Below, piece after piece: positions 48,045 through 59,162 of a stretch of 64,000 nt of DNA (the first letter of the stretch is position 1; each line of letters starts with the position of its first letter). A program made the translations under genes and the position numbers. Source of the stretch: Candidatus Heimdallarchaeota archaeon (GTDB taxonomy: Archaea; Asgardarchaeota; Heimdallarchaeia; Heimdallarchaeales; Heimdallarchaeaceae). The DNA lies in NCBI GenBank assembly GCA_018238545.1, contig JABCTC010000017.1:1-64000 (forward strand), written 5' to 3'. The notes below the pieces were generated by a model that saw nothing but the letters and a program-made list of their open reading frames with translations, was not told the DNA's origin and ran no database searches.

Positions 48045-49832
48045 ATGGGTTATATGCACAAATATCTGGATGTTGATTTATCTACCCAGAAAATATTTGA
48101 GAAGAATCTTGACACTAAACTAGCAGAGAAATTTATAGGTGGCAAAGGTCTAGGGGCTAAAATTCTATATGATACCTTAAAACCTGGAATTGACCCATTA
48201 GGACCAGAAAACATTATTCTTTTTATGACTGGACCTCTATCAGGTACTTCAGTTGTTACATCTGGAAGATGGTGTATAGTAACTAAATCTCCTCATACAG
48301 GAATATTTCTAGATAGCCAGATTGGTGGGAAATTCGGTCATCGATTGAAAAGGGCAGGTTATGATTTTATCTTAGTGCGGGGAAAAGCTGATTCTCCTTG
48401 TTATCTTCATGTTTCTTCAGAAGGTTACGAAATAATCTCGGCCTCTGAATTGTGGGGTAAAGGAACCTTTGAAACAGAGGAATTTCTCAAACAAAAGTAT
48501 CCAAAGGCTGAAGTTGCTTCAATAGGACCTGCTGGAGAAAATCTTGTGACTTATGCTAATATAATGACAGATAAATCTCATATGGCAGGAAGAGGTGGGG
48601 CAGGCGCAGTGATGGGATCCAAAAATCTCAAAGCTATAGTTGCTGGAGGTACATTGAAAATTGGTTCCGTTCATGATAATTTCAAAGAACTAACTAGAAC
48701 CTTCAGAAATAAAGTTCAAAACGATCCTGGTGTCCAAAATCGTCACAGAATTGGAACAATGATGTGGGTTAACATGGCAAATCAAGCAGGTTTTCTGCCA
48801 ACAAGAAATTACCAATCTGGTGTTTTTGAATCAGCTGAGAAAATCTCCGGAGAAAAAATGATAGAGGAAAACACTTACGCACACAGAGCATGTTATAATT
48901 GCTTAATAGCTTGTGGCAAAGCAAACAAATTTGATGAAGGTAAATATGCTGGTTTAGATGTTGAAGGGCCAGAGTATGAAACAACTGCACTTCTAGGCTC
49001 AAATTGTGGAATAACAGATTTAGCTGCTGTAGCAAAAGCAAGTCAAATATGCGATGATTTGGGAATTGACACCATTACTTCGGGAGCAACAATCAGTTTT
49101 GCAATGGAGTGTGTTGAAAAGAAAATTTTGAAACAAGATAGTGTAGAAAATTTGGTGTTTGGGAATGATGAAGCTGTACTACAAATGCTTCAGTTAATTG
49201 CTCACAAAGAAGGTATCGGAGTATTATTTTCTAAAGGATCAAGAGCTGCAGCAGAGAAACTTGGTAATAATTCAAGTGACTTTGCAATTCAGGTTAAAGG
49301 TTTGGAATTAGCTGGAGTAGAACCAAGAGGTTCTTTTGGTATGGCTCTTGCTTACTCAACAGCTGATAGAGGTGCATGCCATCAAAGGTGTTGGACACCT
49401 TCTGCAGAGCTTCGTGGAGATTTAACCCGTTTTTCAATGGAAGGCGTTCCTAAATTTGTTAAAGAATCACAGGATGAAAGAGCAGCATGTTTTTCATTAG
49501 TTGTTTGTGATTTCTTACCGTTTGATGTACCAGAGATGATAGAAATGCTCAATGCAGCTACGGGTTTTTCATATACTCCTGAAAGTTATATAACAACGGG
49601 AGAAAGAATCTGGAATACAACTCGTATGTTCAATGTTCGTGAAGGTATAACAGCTCAAGATGATGTCCTCCCAAAAAGATTCTCAAAGGAAGCAATGCCA
49701 GAAGGTCCTGCAAAAGGTAAGATTCTATCTGAAGAAACACTTGAAAAAGCAAAAGCTGAATACTATACTCTAAGAGGATGGGATTCAAATGGGATTCCCA
49801 CAAAAGAGAAATTGAATGAGCTAAAAATCTGA
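48045..49832 (+). CDS. aor: Tungsten aldehyde:ferredoxin oxidoreductase family
   Basis: SIGPAGEN, AGRGGAGAVMGSKNLKA, CYNCLIAC, GPEYET, RGACH. Confidence 0.92.
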   Translation: MGYMHKYLDVDLSTQKIFEKNLDTKLAEKFIGGKGLGAKILYDTLKPGIDPLGPENIILFMTGPLSGTSVVTSGRWCIVTKSPHTGIFLDSQIGGKFGHRLKRAGYDFILVRGKADSPCYLHVSSEGYEIISASELWGKGTFETEEFLKQKYPKAEVASIGPAGENLVTYANIMTDKSHMAGRGGAGAVMGSKNLKAIVAGGTLKIGSVHDNFKELTRTFRNKVQNDPGVQNRHRIGTMMWVNMANQAGFLPTRNYQSGVFESAEKISGEKMIEENTYAHRACYNCLIACGKANKFDEGKYAGLDVEGPEYETTALLGSNCGITDLAAVAKASQICDDLGIDTITSGATISFAMECVEKKILKQDSVENLVFGNDEAVLQMLQLIAHKEGIGVLFSKGSRAAAEKLGNNSSDFAIQVKGLELAGVEPRGSFGMALAYSTADRGACHQRCWTPSAELRGDLTRFSMEGVPKFVKESQDERAACFSLVVCDFLPFDVPEMIEMLNAATGFSYTPESYITTGERIWNTTRMFNVREGITAQDDVLPKRFSKEAMPEGPAKGKILSEETLEKAKAEYYTLRGWDSNGIPTKEKLNELKI

Positions 49833-49868
49833 ATGATGAATTTGCATTAACAAATATATCTCAATTTC

Positions 49869-50321
49869 TTAGCTTTTTTTATCCTTTTCTTTTTCTATGA
49901 ATTCATTGAATTTCTCCTTCAATGCTTCAGGAACCCAGCTAAAATCTGCTTCTTTCTCTCCTTTAGCCTTTTCTTTCCCTATGTATTTTACAAATTCTTT
50001 TCCTATGGCTTTGCTGAAGCCTTCCTTCGCTTTTCCTGGAATCCAATCAAAGTCTCCTTTTTCTTCATCATCTTCCTTTTTCTTACCTTTAATTGTGGCT
50101 GATCCTATAGCCATTACTATGATGAAAAGTATGAACATTCCAATGAATAGAGGGATGTAGAGCAGAATTATAGTTATTTTATTACTTACAAGACTTGCTG
50201 TATCATTCCATGTAGAGATACCCCAAATTGTAAATACAAACCAAGAACTAGAAACACCTAACAAAATTAAACTTGATATTAGTTTTCCTAGTTTACCCAA
50301 TAGTGTTTCTTCTTTACCCAT
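49869..50321 (-). CDS. 2-TM hypothetical protein
   Basis: Two TMs and a duplicated DF.W.P motif. Confidence 0.65.
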   Translation of the reverse strand: MGKEETLLGKLGKLISSLILLGVSSSWFVFTIWGISTWNDTASLVSNKITIILLYIPLFIGMFILFIIVMAIGSATIKGKKKEDDEEKGDFDWIPGKAKEGFSKAIGKEFVKYIGKEKAKGEKEADFSWVPEALKEKFNEFIEKEKDKKS

Positions 50322-50521
50322 TTATTTCACCTTACTATTACGTTTTATGCGAATGAATTTATGCTAGATAAATATTGGCCATTCGAATATTTAAGTTAAT
50401 GTTTAAATCAAATTATTAATTCCATACGGCTCCTATGCCATAATGAGTGTAGATTTCCGAGAACATTTGGTTGAAATTTCATTTCTTGATTTTCAGAAGG
50501 ATTTTAATATTTCCGTTTTGA

Positions 50522-51982
50522 ATGTCAAAAAAAGTTGCTGAGCTACTATATATGACTACTGAACCTGATTCAACGAAAAAAAACCTAGATCGTATTTTCG
50601 CACTTATTATCATATCTATTTCTTCTTTCATTTCTGCTTTCAGTGGTTCAGCTTTTACTCTTGCTGCACCTTCAATGGCAGCTGAATTGAGTATTAATGA
50701 TGCAAATCTCAGCTGGATAATGACTATATACATACTTGCAACAGCTATGCTCCAAATACCCTTTGGTAAAATAGCAGATAACCATGGAAGAAAAAAAATC
50801 TATTTCATTGGAATGCTGATTTTTTCCTCGTCTGCTCTAGTACTGGGCTTTATGGACACAGCTAATGGAATAATGATAATGAGGTTCGTTCAAGGAACAG
50901 GTGGAGCACTTATATTCGCTACAGGAACAGCAATTCTCACTTCAGTTTTTCCCCCTGAAAAAAAAGGATTCGCTTTTGGAATAAATATTGGTTCTGTTTA
51001 TTTGGGTCTAACTGCTGGACCATCATTAGGCGGGTTCATAACAGACACTCTGGGATGGAGGTGGATATTTTTTATTGTTGTACCAATTGGAGCAGTGCTC
51101 GCAATATTGGTGATGACTCTTCTAAAAGGTGAATGGAAAAGTGAAAAGAAGGAGAAGTTTGACTGGATTGGAACAACACTTTACATAGCTACCTTATTCA
51201 TGCTTCTCTATGGTTTTAGATCTATACCTGAACTTTATAGTTATATCTTAATAGGGTGTTCAATCATCACACTAATTGTCTTTGTATGGTGGGAATGGCG
51301 AATTGATTACCCAATTTTACAGTTCCGATTATTTCGGAAAAATAGATTTTTCACATTTGCTAATTTAGCTGCATTCACGTACTACACGGCAACAGCTGCA
51401 ACAACGTTTCTACTAAGTTTATTTTTGCAGAACATCCAAGGTTATACAGCTTCAATAGCTGGATTGATATTACTAGCTCGTCCAGGTATTCAGGCGATAT
51501 TGTCTCCTATAGGAGGCACTCTTTCAGATGTAATAGATCATAGAATCATAACAACCTTGGGGATTAGTATAGGGACTATTGGTCTTGTATTGCTAATCTT
51601 TTTAGAAGCAAATTCTCCATTAGTTCTTATTATTATGAGCTTACTTTGTGGTGGGATAGGTTTTGGTCTATTTTCATCACCAAATGCCAATTCTATTATG
51701 AGCTCAGTTCCAAGAAAAAATTATGGTGTAGCTTCAGCGCTAGTAGGAACAATGCGAACAATAGGTCAAACAATGAGCTTAGGTTTTGTAACACTATTAT
51801 TTACAATCATCCTTGGGGATATAACACCAGGAGCACCAAATTATAGTGACCTATTTCTAAAGAGCACAAAAATTGCATTTATTATATTCTCGAGCATTGC
51901 CTTCATAAGTTTAATAATCTCCTTTATGAGGGGAAAGAACAATTTTTATCCTCAAGAAAAAATCGAAGAAATTGAATTATGA
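50522..51982 (+). CDS. MFS drug:H+ antiporter (DHA2-like)
   Basis: GKIADNHGRKK, RFVQGTG, GPSLGG..GWRWIF; ~14 TMs. Confidence 0.9.
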   Translation: MSKKVAELLYMTTEPDSTKKNLDRIFALIIISISSFISAFSGSAFTLAAPSMAAELSINDANLSWIMTIYILATAMLQIPFGKIADNHGRKKIYFIGMLIFSSSALVLGFMDTANGIMIMRFVQGTGGALIFATGTAILTSVFPPEKKGFAFGINIGSVYLGLTAGPSLGGFITDTLGWRWIFFIVVPIGAVLAILVMTLLKGEWKSEKKEKFDWIGTTLYIATLFMLLYGFRSIPELYSYILIGCSIITLIVFVWWEWRIDYPILQFRLFRKNRFFTFANLAAFTYYTATAATTFLLSLFLQNIQGYTASIAGLILLARPGIQAILSPIGGTLSDVIDHRIITTLGISIGTIGLVLLIFLEANSPLVLIIMSLLCGGIGFGLFSSPNANSIMSSVPRKNYGVASALVGTMRTIGQTMSLGFVTLLFTIILGDITPGAPNYSDLFLKSTKIAFIIFSSIAFISLIISFMRGKNNFYPQEKIEEIEL

Positions 51983-51986
51983 GAAA

Positions 51987-53450
51987 TTATATGATAATTC
52001 CCCATTCATGTAGAATAAAGTTCGTGGTTCCAGCTAAAATATTCGATTTAGGTTGTAATAGTGAGTCGTAGTATAGTTGCGTATCACTGAAAATATAGGC
52101 AAAGAAAATTCTATTTGTTGTATACTCTTGTTTAGTTTCTATCTGAAAATTATTCTCAATCCATGAGCTCTCATATTGAACTAAATAATGATATCCATCC
52201 TCAGTAAACAATGGTTCAACTTCAAACCAAAAATCAATGAAATCATTAACTTCTTTATCATATAACCCAATATTTCTAAGTCGCAAGTACAACTGATCTT
52301 TTAATGAATGCAGTTTGTATTGGTTATCATCAAGAACATAATTTTCTTTTTCTTTTTTGATTTCCCATCCTCTGTTGCTTAAAAAGGCTTTAAAGTGAAT
52401 TTCCGCCTCATAAAAAAGATGAGTATAAATCTTGTTTTGATAGACTATTTTACTGCCGGGGTAGACTTCTAGATTATTCCATGATATGGTAGAACCTAAA
52501 TGTACAAATGGGATAGTTATAGTCGCAAACCCATTAGTAATATGAATAGATAAAGAATCAGTAAAAACCTCACCGTTTGAATTATACAAATAAATAGCAG
52601 GTTTTCTTGCTGCGGACGTAAACAGATTTATCCAATGATGGATAGTTATGTTATTTGTAGAAAGCTCTTTGTCTACAACTACTAATGTCAGGTTATCAAC
52701 AATGTTGAGATTATTTACCTCTAATGGAGGTTTAATCATATATACTAAATCGGATCGCGCTTGTAAAATTGTTTCAACATAATAACATTCACCTTCTAGG
52801 TGAGTGAGCTCAATTATCTCCCTGTCATCCCACAATACATTGTACAACACAGTGAATTGGTAATATGGCATTATCCATAATTCTACATGAGTTGGTGCTT
52901 CTTCGCTAATATTATATTTAACGTAGTTCAAGTCTGGTGGTGGTTCGTCCCAGAGAACATTGAGTTGCAATGTGATATCTTCAGTAAAGGTTTCCCACCA
53001 GTGTAAAGAGATATTGTTAAGAAGCTGATGTGTGTCTATTTCTCTACATGTATAATCATGATAACGTATCTCGTTTCTTTCTTGAGGAACTTTAATGTAA
53101 TAATAAAAACCCTCGTGGTATTCAATGTACGTGTATCCTCTATATACATCCTCATTAACATGCTCAAGATCAACTATTTTTACCAAATTCCAATCCTCAC
53201 CATAGATGTCTACAGGAATTGGTGATCCTGTCCAATTTGGTTTTTCTTTCTTATAAACTTCTACATAATCTGGTGTAACTGAAGATTTTATGTGATTTGT
53301 GTTGGTTGGATTATCCCAAATAACTGTAATCTCGATATTAGGTTTTTTGAAAGAATCGCTGTTTATAACGATGAAATATGTGCCTACTCCAATCCCTGAT
53401 AGAACAATAATCGAGCTAATAATAATTGCTATTAGTTTTGATTTATTCAT
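51987..53450 (-). CDS. Membrane-anchored protein with a C-terminal KP.IYLY domain
   Basis: ARKPAIYLY, HLFYEA, EVNDFIDFW, HEWG. Confidence 0.7.
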   Translation of the reverse strand: MNKSKLIAIIISSIIVLSGIGVGTYFIVINSDSFKKPNIEITVIWDNPTNTNHIKSSVTPDYVEVYKKEKPNWTGSPIPVDIYGEDWNLVKIVDLEHVNEDVYRGYTYIEYHEGFYYYIKVPQERNEIRYHDYTCREIDTHQLLNNISLHWWETFTEDITLQLNVLWDEPPPDLNYVKYNISEEAPTHVELWIMPYYQFTVLYNVLWDDREIIELTHLEGECYYVETILQARSDLVYMIKPPLEVNNLNIVDNLTLVVVDKELSTNNITIHHWINLFTSAARKPAIYLYNSNGEVFTDSLSIHITNGFATITIPFVHLGSTISWNNLEVYPGSKIVYQNKIYTHLFYEAEIHFKAFLSNRGWEIKKEKENYVLDDNQYKLHSLKDQLYLRLRNIGLYDKEVNDFIDFWFEVEPLFTEDGYHYLVQYESSWIENNFQIETKQEYTTNRIFFAYIFSDTQLYYDSLLQPKSNILAGTTNFILHEWGIII

Positions 53451-53531
53451 CTAATATACAATAATTTGTACAATTAATGACTTTTCTTAACAATAAATTC
53501 TCGGTGGGCGTGAGTAATCTATCTGCTACAA

Positions 53532-54377
53532 CTAGGATAATAATGAAATAATCTCTTGATTTCTTTCGTTTCTTTTTAGCTTCTGAAGAGCGTATCTAGA
53601 ATCTGAATTATCCATCTCTAGAAGTTTCTTAACAATCTCTAGTCTAATTTCCTTATCATTTTCTTTATGAACATAAGTTGATAGGAAATAAGAAATATCT
53701 TGGTCACCTTGAATCTGCATAATGTAGTACAGGATAAGTTTTCTCATCTCTTTATCTGGTCTTCCCTTCAATGATTGTATAAAAACATCGATTACTCTAG
53801 GATTTTCTATTTTATCGCTCAAAGATCTAACTAACCATAATTTTATCTTTTTAGATTTCTCATGATGTCTAAGTCGTCGAATGAGAACTTCTTGAATTTC
53901 CTCTTCATCAACAATAGCCCTTAATGACCAAACTGCCCAGAGTCTGACAGTTTGTGAACTATCTCGTAATTTTCTAATTGTAAGCTCTTTTACCTTTTTA
54001 TCCATCAAAGATTCAGAAAGAAAAGATACTGCTTTTGCCCTACAAAGAGGGTACTTATCATTAATTGCAATATCTATCAATGCAGAAATAGTTTCTTCAT
54101 ACTTGAGATAATCGATTAATTTATCAATTAAATTAGTTCTATCTTTGTTTCTTGTTGTAGATTCAATTTCAAGCAAAATTTTCTGCAATTCTAGTAATCC
54201 TTCGGTCTTACCAACAATTTCAAATTCTTCATGTTCTGCTTCTAGAACATCAATTACAGGAATCTCTACTATTTCTTCAAATCCCTCTTGTTCCCCTTCT
54301 GATTTAAATGCGTCTGAGATTTCAGGGGTATCAACAATTTTGATTTCAAAATCCTTTTTAGATCTTTTCTCACTCAT
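53532..54377 (-). CDS. HEAT-repeat protein
   Basis: D...CRAKAV..L and DSSQTVRLWAVWSL repeats. Confidence 0.75.
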   Translation of the reverse strand: MSEKRSKKDFEIKIVDTPEISDAFKSEGEQEGFEEIVEIPVIDVLEAEHEEFEIVGKTEGLLELQKILLEIESTTRNKDRTNLIDKLIDYLKYEETISALIDIAINDKYPLCRAKAVSFLSESLMDKKVKELTIRKLRDSSQTVRLWAVWSLRAIVDEEEIQEVLIRRLRHHEKSKKIKLWLVRSLSDKIENPRVIDVFIQSLKGRPDKEMRKLILYYIMQIQGDQDISYFLSTYVHKENDKEIRLEIVKKLLEMDNSDSRYALQKLKRNERNQEIISLLS

Positions 54378-54454
54378 ATGATGTTCCTACCATAAGCATT
54401 GAAATATATGTTAACTTAATCAATGGTGATTAAAAAAGATATCATTTTAACTTT

Positions 54455-54634
54455 TCAATTTATTTTCTTCAATTTATGTGCGATAATTGCGTATAAAAAA
54501 GCCCCTGCGAATAATATCAGAAAGATTATCCACGGTGAATTATCAGTAATAGTATTATCCTGTACAGCATAAGCAGATATTGCATCCAATATGATGAATA
54601 TGTTCATGACTAGAAATATATGGACTTTTCTCAT
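54455..54634 (-). CDS. Small membrane protein
   Basis: Signal-like N-terminus and a C-terminal TM. Confidence 0.5.
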   Translation of the reverse strand: MRKVHIFLVMNIFIILDAISAYAVQDNTITDNSPWIIFLILFAGAFLYAIIAHKLKKIN

Positions 54635-54721
54635 CTTCAAAAAGGCATAATTTCAACACTTTAATAATTTATCTTTATTCCTTTACGAAGAGCTTAAAAA
54701 TATAGTAATTGATTGCACTCA

Positions 54722-55363
54722 ATGAGTAATTTTCAGTTAGATTTAGAGATTACCGGTCCTTTGAAAACAAACTGTTATTTGCTATATGATAAAGAATCAG
54801 GAGACGCGGCTCTCTTTGACGTTGCTGGTGAGATAGGAAAGCATCTTAAAACTATAAAAATAGAAAATCTTACAGTAAAATATCTGTTCTGTACTCACTT
54901 GCATTTTGATCATGTTATGGGTATAGAAGAAGTAAGAACACTGTTCCCTGACGCCAAACTTGCATGTAATGAAAAAGAACTTGACGTGCTAGAAAATATG
55001 GGGAAATTTGCACGAATCTTTCAATTTGATCCTGCCTCTTTAGGAAAGTTTGATATTTTTATTGAGGATAATCAGAGCTTTGAACTTGGGAAATTAAAGA
55101 TTAAAGCCATTCTATCTCCAGGTCATACACCAGGTAGTATATGTTTTTACTTTGAAGATAGATTAATATCAGGAGATGTACTATTTAACCGAGGCGTAGG
55201 AAGAACAGATTTTTACGGAGGTTCGTTTTCTGAATTAGAAAAATCAGTTAGAAAGTTATTTACTTTACCAGAAGACACAGTTGTCTATCCAGGACATGGT
55301 GAAATGACCGATATAGGGTCTGAAAAAAGAGAAAATCCTTTTATTAGTTCCAGTATTTTATAA
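54722..55363 (+). CDS. MBL-fold metallo-hydrolase (glyoxalase II-like)
   Basis: THLHFDH, PGHTPGS, SGDVLF, PGHG. Confidence 0.93.
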   Translation: MSNFQLDLEITGPLKTNCYLLYDKESGDAALFDVAGEIGKHLKTIKIENLTVKYLFCTHLHFDHVMGIEEVRTLFPDAKLACNEKELDVLENMGKFARIFQFDPASLGKFDIFIEDNQSFELGKLKIKAILSPGHTPGSICFYFEDRLISGDVLFNRGVGRTDFYGGSFSELEKSVRKLFTLPEDTVVYPGHGEMTDIGSEKRENPFISSSIL

Positions 55364-56011
55364 AAATCGTTTCTCTATATCTTCTTTGATTTTTGAGAAA
55401 CTATCGAAAACTTGAAGCTTGCTATCTGCTTCTAATTTCTTGGCTAAATCTTCATTATTCCTGGCATAAATGATATCTGCTAGTTCAGTTGCTGGAAAGA
55501 TGTCTGATAAACCATCTCCAATATATATTATTTTGTAGCCTTCATTCTTCAGTTTCAACACATGAGAATATTTACAATTTGCACAACCATGTTCACATTC
55601 AGGAGTATTGAAGCTGAGCTTTAATTTGTTATCTACTAAATCTGCATCATTTGCTAAAATATCTAAGCTCTCTACTTTTATTTCGTGATTTTCTAGAATT
55701 CTATTGATGTACTTTTGAAAGCCATCAGAAAGGATGAGGAACTTAATATTTTTTTGCAACATCCAATTATAAAAATCATAGAATGAAGGATCAATTTTCA
55801 TCGTATCAACAATAGTGAAAATCTCTTCCCATGTAGTATGTTCTATCATCCCCCATTGTTTAATAAGAGCCTCTCTTGTGCCAATTTGACCGTCTATAAC
55901 AAACTTATCAACAGCTTGCCAGTCCCCTTTTGTCAGCTTAGAAAGAAGAGTTTTACCTGTATCCATCAACGTGATTGTTCCATCAAAGTCACAACATATA
56001 GCAATAGGCAT
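55358..56011 (-). CDS. HAD phosphatase, MtnX-like
   Basis: CDFDGTIT, LSDG, CANCK, IGDGLSD. Confidence 0.9.
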   Translation of the reverse strand: MPIAICCDFDGTITLMDTGKTLLSKLTKGDWQAVDKFVIDGQIGTREALIKQWGMIEHTTWEEIFTIVDTMKIDPSFYDFYNWMLQKNIKFLILSDGFQKYINRILENHEIKVESLDILANDADLVDNKLKLSFNTPECEHGCANCKYSHVLKLKNEGYKIIYIGDGLSDIFPATELADIIYARNNEDLAKKLEADSKLQVFDSFSKIKEDIEKRFL

Positions 56012-56338
56012 TAGTTTGATGAATTCTATACAAAAGAAAAGGTTTGCTGTTGATAATTAAATTTGTTAACTCAACAGATCTGGGTTACACTTGAGGGTAC
56101 ATGGAGAGTTAAGGAGACATTCATAAATTTTTCACCAGGTTACATTTGGTTTTTATGTTTATCACGTACCCTCAATAACCCATTCTTTAAACTGTCACTA
56201 AAGTGGTTTTAGTTAACATGTTGCTATCTAATTACAAACCTATTAAAATGCTAACATAATATGATGATTGCACAGTACCATATTTGGCTAGTTATATATA
56301 TGTCAAAGATAAAGAAACATCTGAAAGGGGTGTAACCT

Positions 56339-57706
56339 ATCGATTCACTTGATAACTTACTCAAGATTGCAGAACAGCAAGGAACCTCTTATTCAGATAT
56401 CCGTTTTGGAAGAATTGAGGAGAAAAAAATACAAGCTATTAATGGCGAGATTGTCAATGAAATAAATTGTATTAGCTCTGGATATGGTATGCGGATGCTG
56501 TCTGAAGGAATCGTTACTTTCACTTCTACACCTGATTTGAAATACGCAGAAGAACATATTAAGAAAGCTGTAAAGACTGCTAACCTTGTAACTAAGTGGA
56601 AGAAAGGAATTACCTCATTAACGGAAGTACCTATCTCGGATTCCACTGTAATAAGAGAAGCAAAAATTAACTGGAAAGATCTCGATAAAAGTGAATTCAA
56701 GGAAAAGATAAAAACATTTCAAAAACACATTGAAGAGAAATTAAAAGTAAAAGCTCTAATTGAAACTGATATAGTATTCCTAAATTGGTCTGAACGATTT
56801 GCAAGTAGTGAGGGATCAAAAGTTTATCAAGAATATCCTTATGCAATTTTGACTTTAACAGGTCGAGTAATGCATAATAACACACAAGTAAAATATTACA
56901 AAAATTATGGAGGATTAGGTGGAGTAGATGTATTACCTTTTGACAAACTAGACGAAACTGATAGTTTTGTAGAAGTAATCAATAACCTCCCTTCTGCTAG
57001 ATCTATATGTCAAGGAACTACTAAAGCCGTTTTAAGTGAAGACATGGCTTGGACATGTTTACATGAAGTACTGGGGCACTCATTAGAAGCAGATAACGTT
57101 CTTTCAGGTCGTTCTTTTTCAGCAGGCATGCTAGGGATGAAACTCGCTCCCTCTATTGTTAGTGTCATTGATGATCCTTATATTGAAACAGTTGGGTATT
57201 ATGAATATGATTCTGAAGGGATTAAAGGAAGAGGGACCTTATTAGTAGATGAAGGTATATTGGTTGATTTTCTACATAGTCGAGAAACAGCTGCTGCTAT
57301 GGATAGTGAGCCTTCCTCTAATTATCGTGCTTTTAGTTTTGAATTTTTACCTCAGGTTCGAATGAGCAATTTCTTCTTTGAGCCAAAGGATTATTCCGAA
57401 GAGGAATTATTTGAAAATGTTAGAAAAGGCATCTATATAGGTGAAGGATTAGCGGGATCAGCAGAACCTCAAACTGGTGAATATAATTTCGATGCTCAAT
57501 ATGGAAGAACAATAGAAAATGGTGAGCTTACCGATTACATTCTTCAATTTCAGATTAGTGGTCGTATGACTGAAACTTTGTCAAAAATCGAGTGTGTTGG
57601 AGATAGACTCCTTGCTCAACCAGGAAGTTGCGTTAAGAATAATCAACGAATTTTTGTTGGTTCTGTTTGCCCTAAAATAGCTGTTTCTGAGATGAGAGTG
57701 AGCTAA
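56339..57706 (+). CDS. tldD: TldD metalloprotease (probable non-canonical ATC start)
   Basis: HEVLGHSLEAD, YDSEG, RMSN; the TldD-like N-terminus (GTSYSDIR...SGYGMR) is in frame from 56339. Confidence 0.88.
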   Translation: MDSLDNLLKIAEQQGTSYSDIRFGRIEEKKIQAINGEIVNEINCISSGYGMRMLSEGIVTFTSTPDLKYAEEHIKKAVKTANLVTKWKKGITSLTEVPISDSTVIREAKINWKDLDKSEFKEKIKTFQKHIEEKLKVKALIETDIVFLNWSERFASSEGSKVYQEYPYAILTLTGRVMHNNTQVKYYKNYGGLGGVDVLPFDKLDETDSFVEVINNLPSARSICQGTTKAVLSEDMAWTCLHEVLGHSLEADNVLSGRSFSAGMLGMKLAPSIVSVIDDPYIETVGYYEYDSEGIKGRGTLLVDEGILVDFLHSRETAAAMDSEPSSNYRAFSFEFLPQVRMSNFFFEPKDYSEEELFENVRKGIYIGEGLAGSAEPQTGEYNFDAQYGRTIENGELTDYILQFQISGRMTETLSKIECVGDRLLAQPGSCVKNNQRIFVGSVCPKIAVSEMRVS

Positions 57707-59059
57707 ATGTATACAGATGAAGAGTTAAAAGATACAGCAGTTAGAGTGCTTCGAAAACTTGAACAGAAGTACAAATTCGAATGCGCTGAGGTATACATTC
57801 AATCTCTTGCGCATATGATGGGTGGAACAGAATACCGAACTCCCAAAGTTTTTCAATCCACTCACCGAGCAGGTTGTGCGCTGAGATATTTTAAGGATAA
57901 TGAGTTGTTTTTTGCTTGTTTTCCATTACCGACAGTACTCACAGAAATTGATAATTTACTTGATATTACAAGTTTTCCTATATCATCAAAAAAGTTTGAG
58001 TTTCCTGAAATCAGTCTAGGTTCTTCAAGAATTGAAAACATCTACGATAGAAGAATTGCTTCTATGAATGAGGAAGAAATATTCAATTTATCTTATTCTC
58101 TTAATCAAGCCGATGAAAGCTTCAAGGAGATAATTCTTGATGGTTCTCTTATGCTATCATTAGAACGAAAAGTTATTGCAAATTCTTCGCAAGCTGTAGC
58201 ATTTGAAAAAAGTACTTGGTTTGATATTGATACCAGAGCTATATATCGCGGTTATGATATGATTTCAAGTTCTGAGAAGCATCTTACAAGTAGACAGATA
58301 CCTGCATCTATTAACAGTATTATTGATGATCTAATCTCTGAGACAATACAAAAAACCATCCATGCTGATAAAATTGAAAATATTGAAGTTCCAATAGTAT
58401 TCTCCCCAATGGCATTCTCTCAGATATTTTCCTTTTCTTTTGTTCCCCTTTTAAGTGCAAGTTCAAGTAATAAATTATCTTTAGAGTTATCATCGAACTT
58501 CAATTTAACAGATGATGGTACCGTTCCAGGTCTTCCAAATTCCACTGCTTTTGACGATGAAGGAGTAAATCAAGCGAAAACAATTGTAATTAAGAACGGT
58601 ATATTTGAACAATCTCTAAATAGTTCTCAGTTTTTGAATTCAGGTGAAGAAAGCTCTGGGAATTCTTTCCGCGTAAAAATGTTTGAATATTTTCCAAGAA
58701 ATTATCAAGCTTATCCATCCATATTTCCTTCTAATCTTTTAATAGGTGAAGGGGAGACTTCATCAGAAAATATTATTGCAGAAATATCTGATGGAATATT
58801 CATCAATTCCACACAAGGATATATGACTGCAGACTATCATTCTGGTGCCTTTAAGGTTTCAGCAAATGATGCTTATAAAATTTCCAATGGAGAAATTATT
58901 GGTACACTAGATACATTTGATATTATTGGCAATATTTTTGAACTACTTTCAAAAGACACATTATTCTCTAAAGACAGGAGAGTTGTTCGTCCAAGCAATA
59001 CTCCTTATAGCATTGTGTCACCTTTTGTTGCTACTGATGAACTAACAATCTTCCTTTAG
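57707..59059 (+). CDS. pmbA: PmbA/TldE partner subunit
   Basis: FDDEG, SGNSFR, SGAF; no HExxH; directly follows tldD. Confidence 0.85.
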   Translation: MYTDEELKDTAVRVLRKLEQKYKFECAEVYIQSLAHMMGGTEYRTPKVFQSTHRAGCALRYFKDNELFFACFPLPTVLTEIDNLLDITSFPISSKKFEFPEISLGSSRIENIYDRRIASMNEEEIFNLSYSLNQADESFKEIILDGSLMLSLERKVIANSSQAVAFEKSTWFDIDTRAIYRGYDMISSSEKHLTSRQIPASINSIIDDLISETIQKTIHADKIENIEVPIVFSPMAFSQIFSFSFVPLLSASSSNKLSLELSSNFNLTDDGTVPGLPNSTAFDDEGVNQAKTIVIKNGIFEQSLNSSQFLNSGEESSGNSFRVKMFEYFPRNYQAYPSIFPSNLLIGEGETSSENIIAEISDGIFINSTQGYMTADYHSGAFKVSANDAYKISNGEIIGTLDTFDIIGNIFELLSKDTLFSKDRRVVRPSNTPYSIVSPFVATDELTIFL

Positions 59060-59162
59060 TCGTTTAATCATCTCTCTCTGTATTTTTAAATAAAAACAAG
59101 TTCGAAAAAGTTTAAAAATACAAATGCTTTCCCAACTTTGAATATAAAGCCCCCATTTAACG

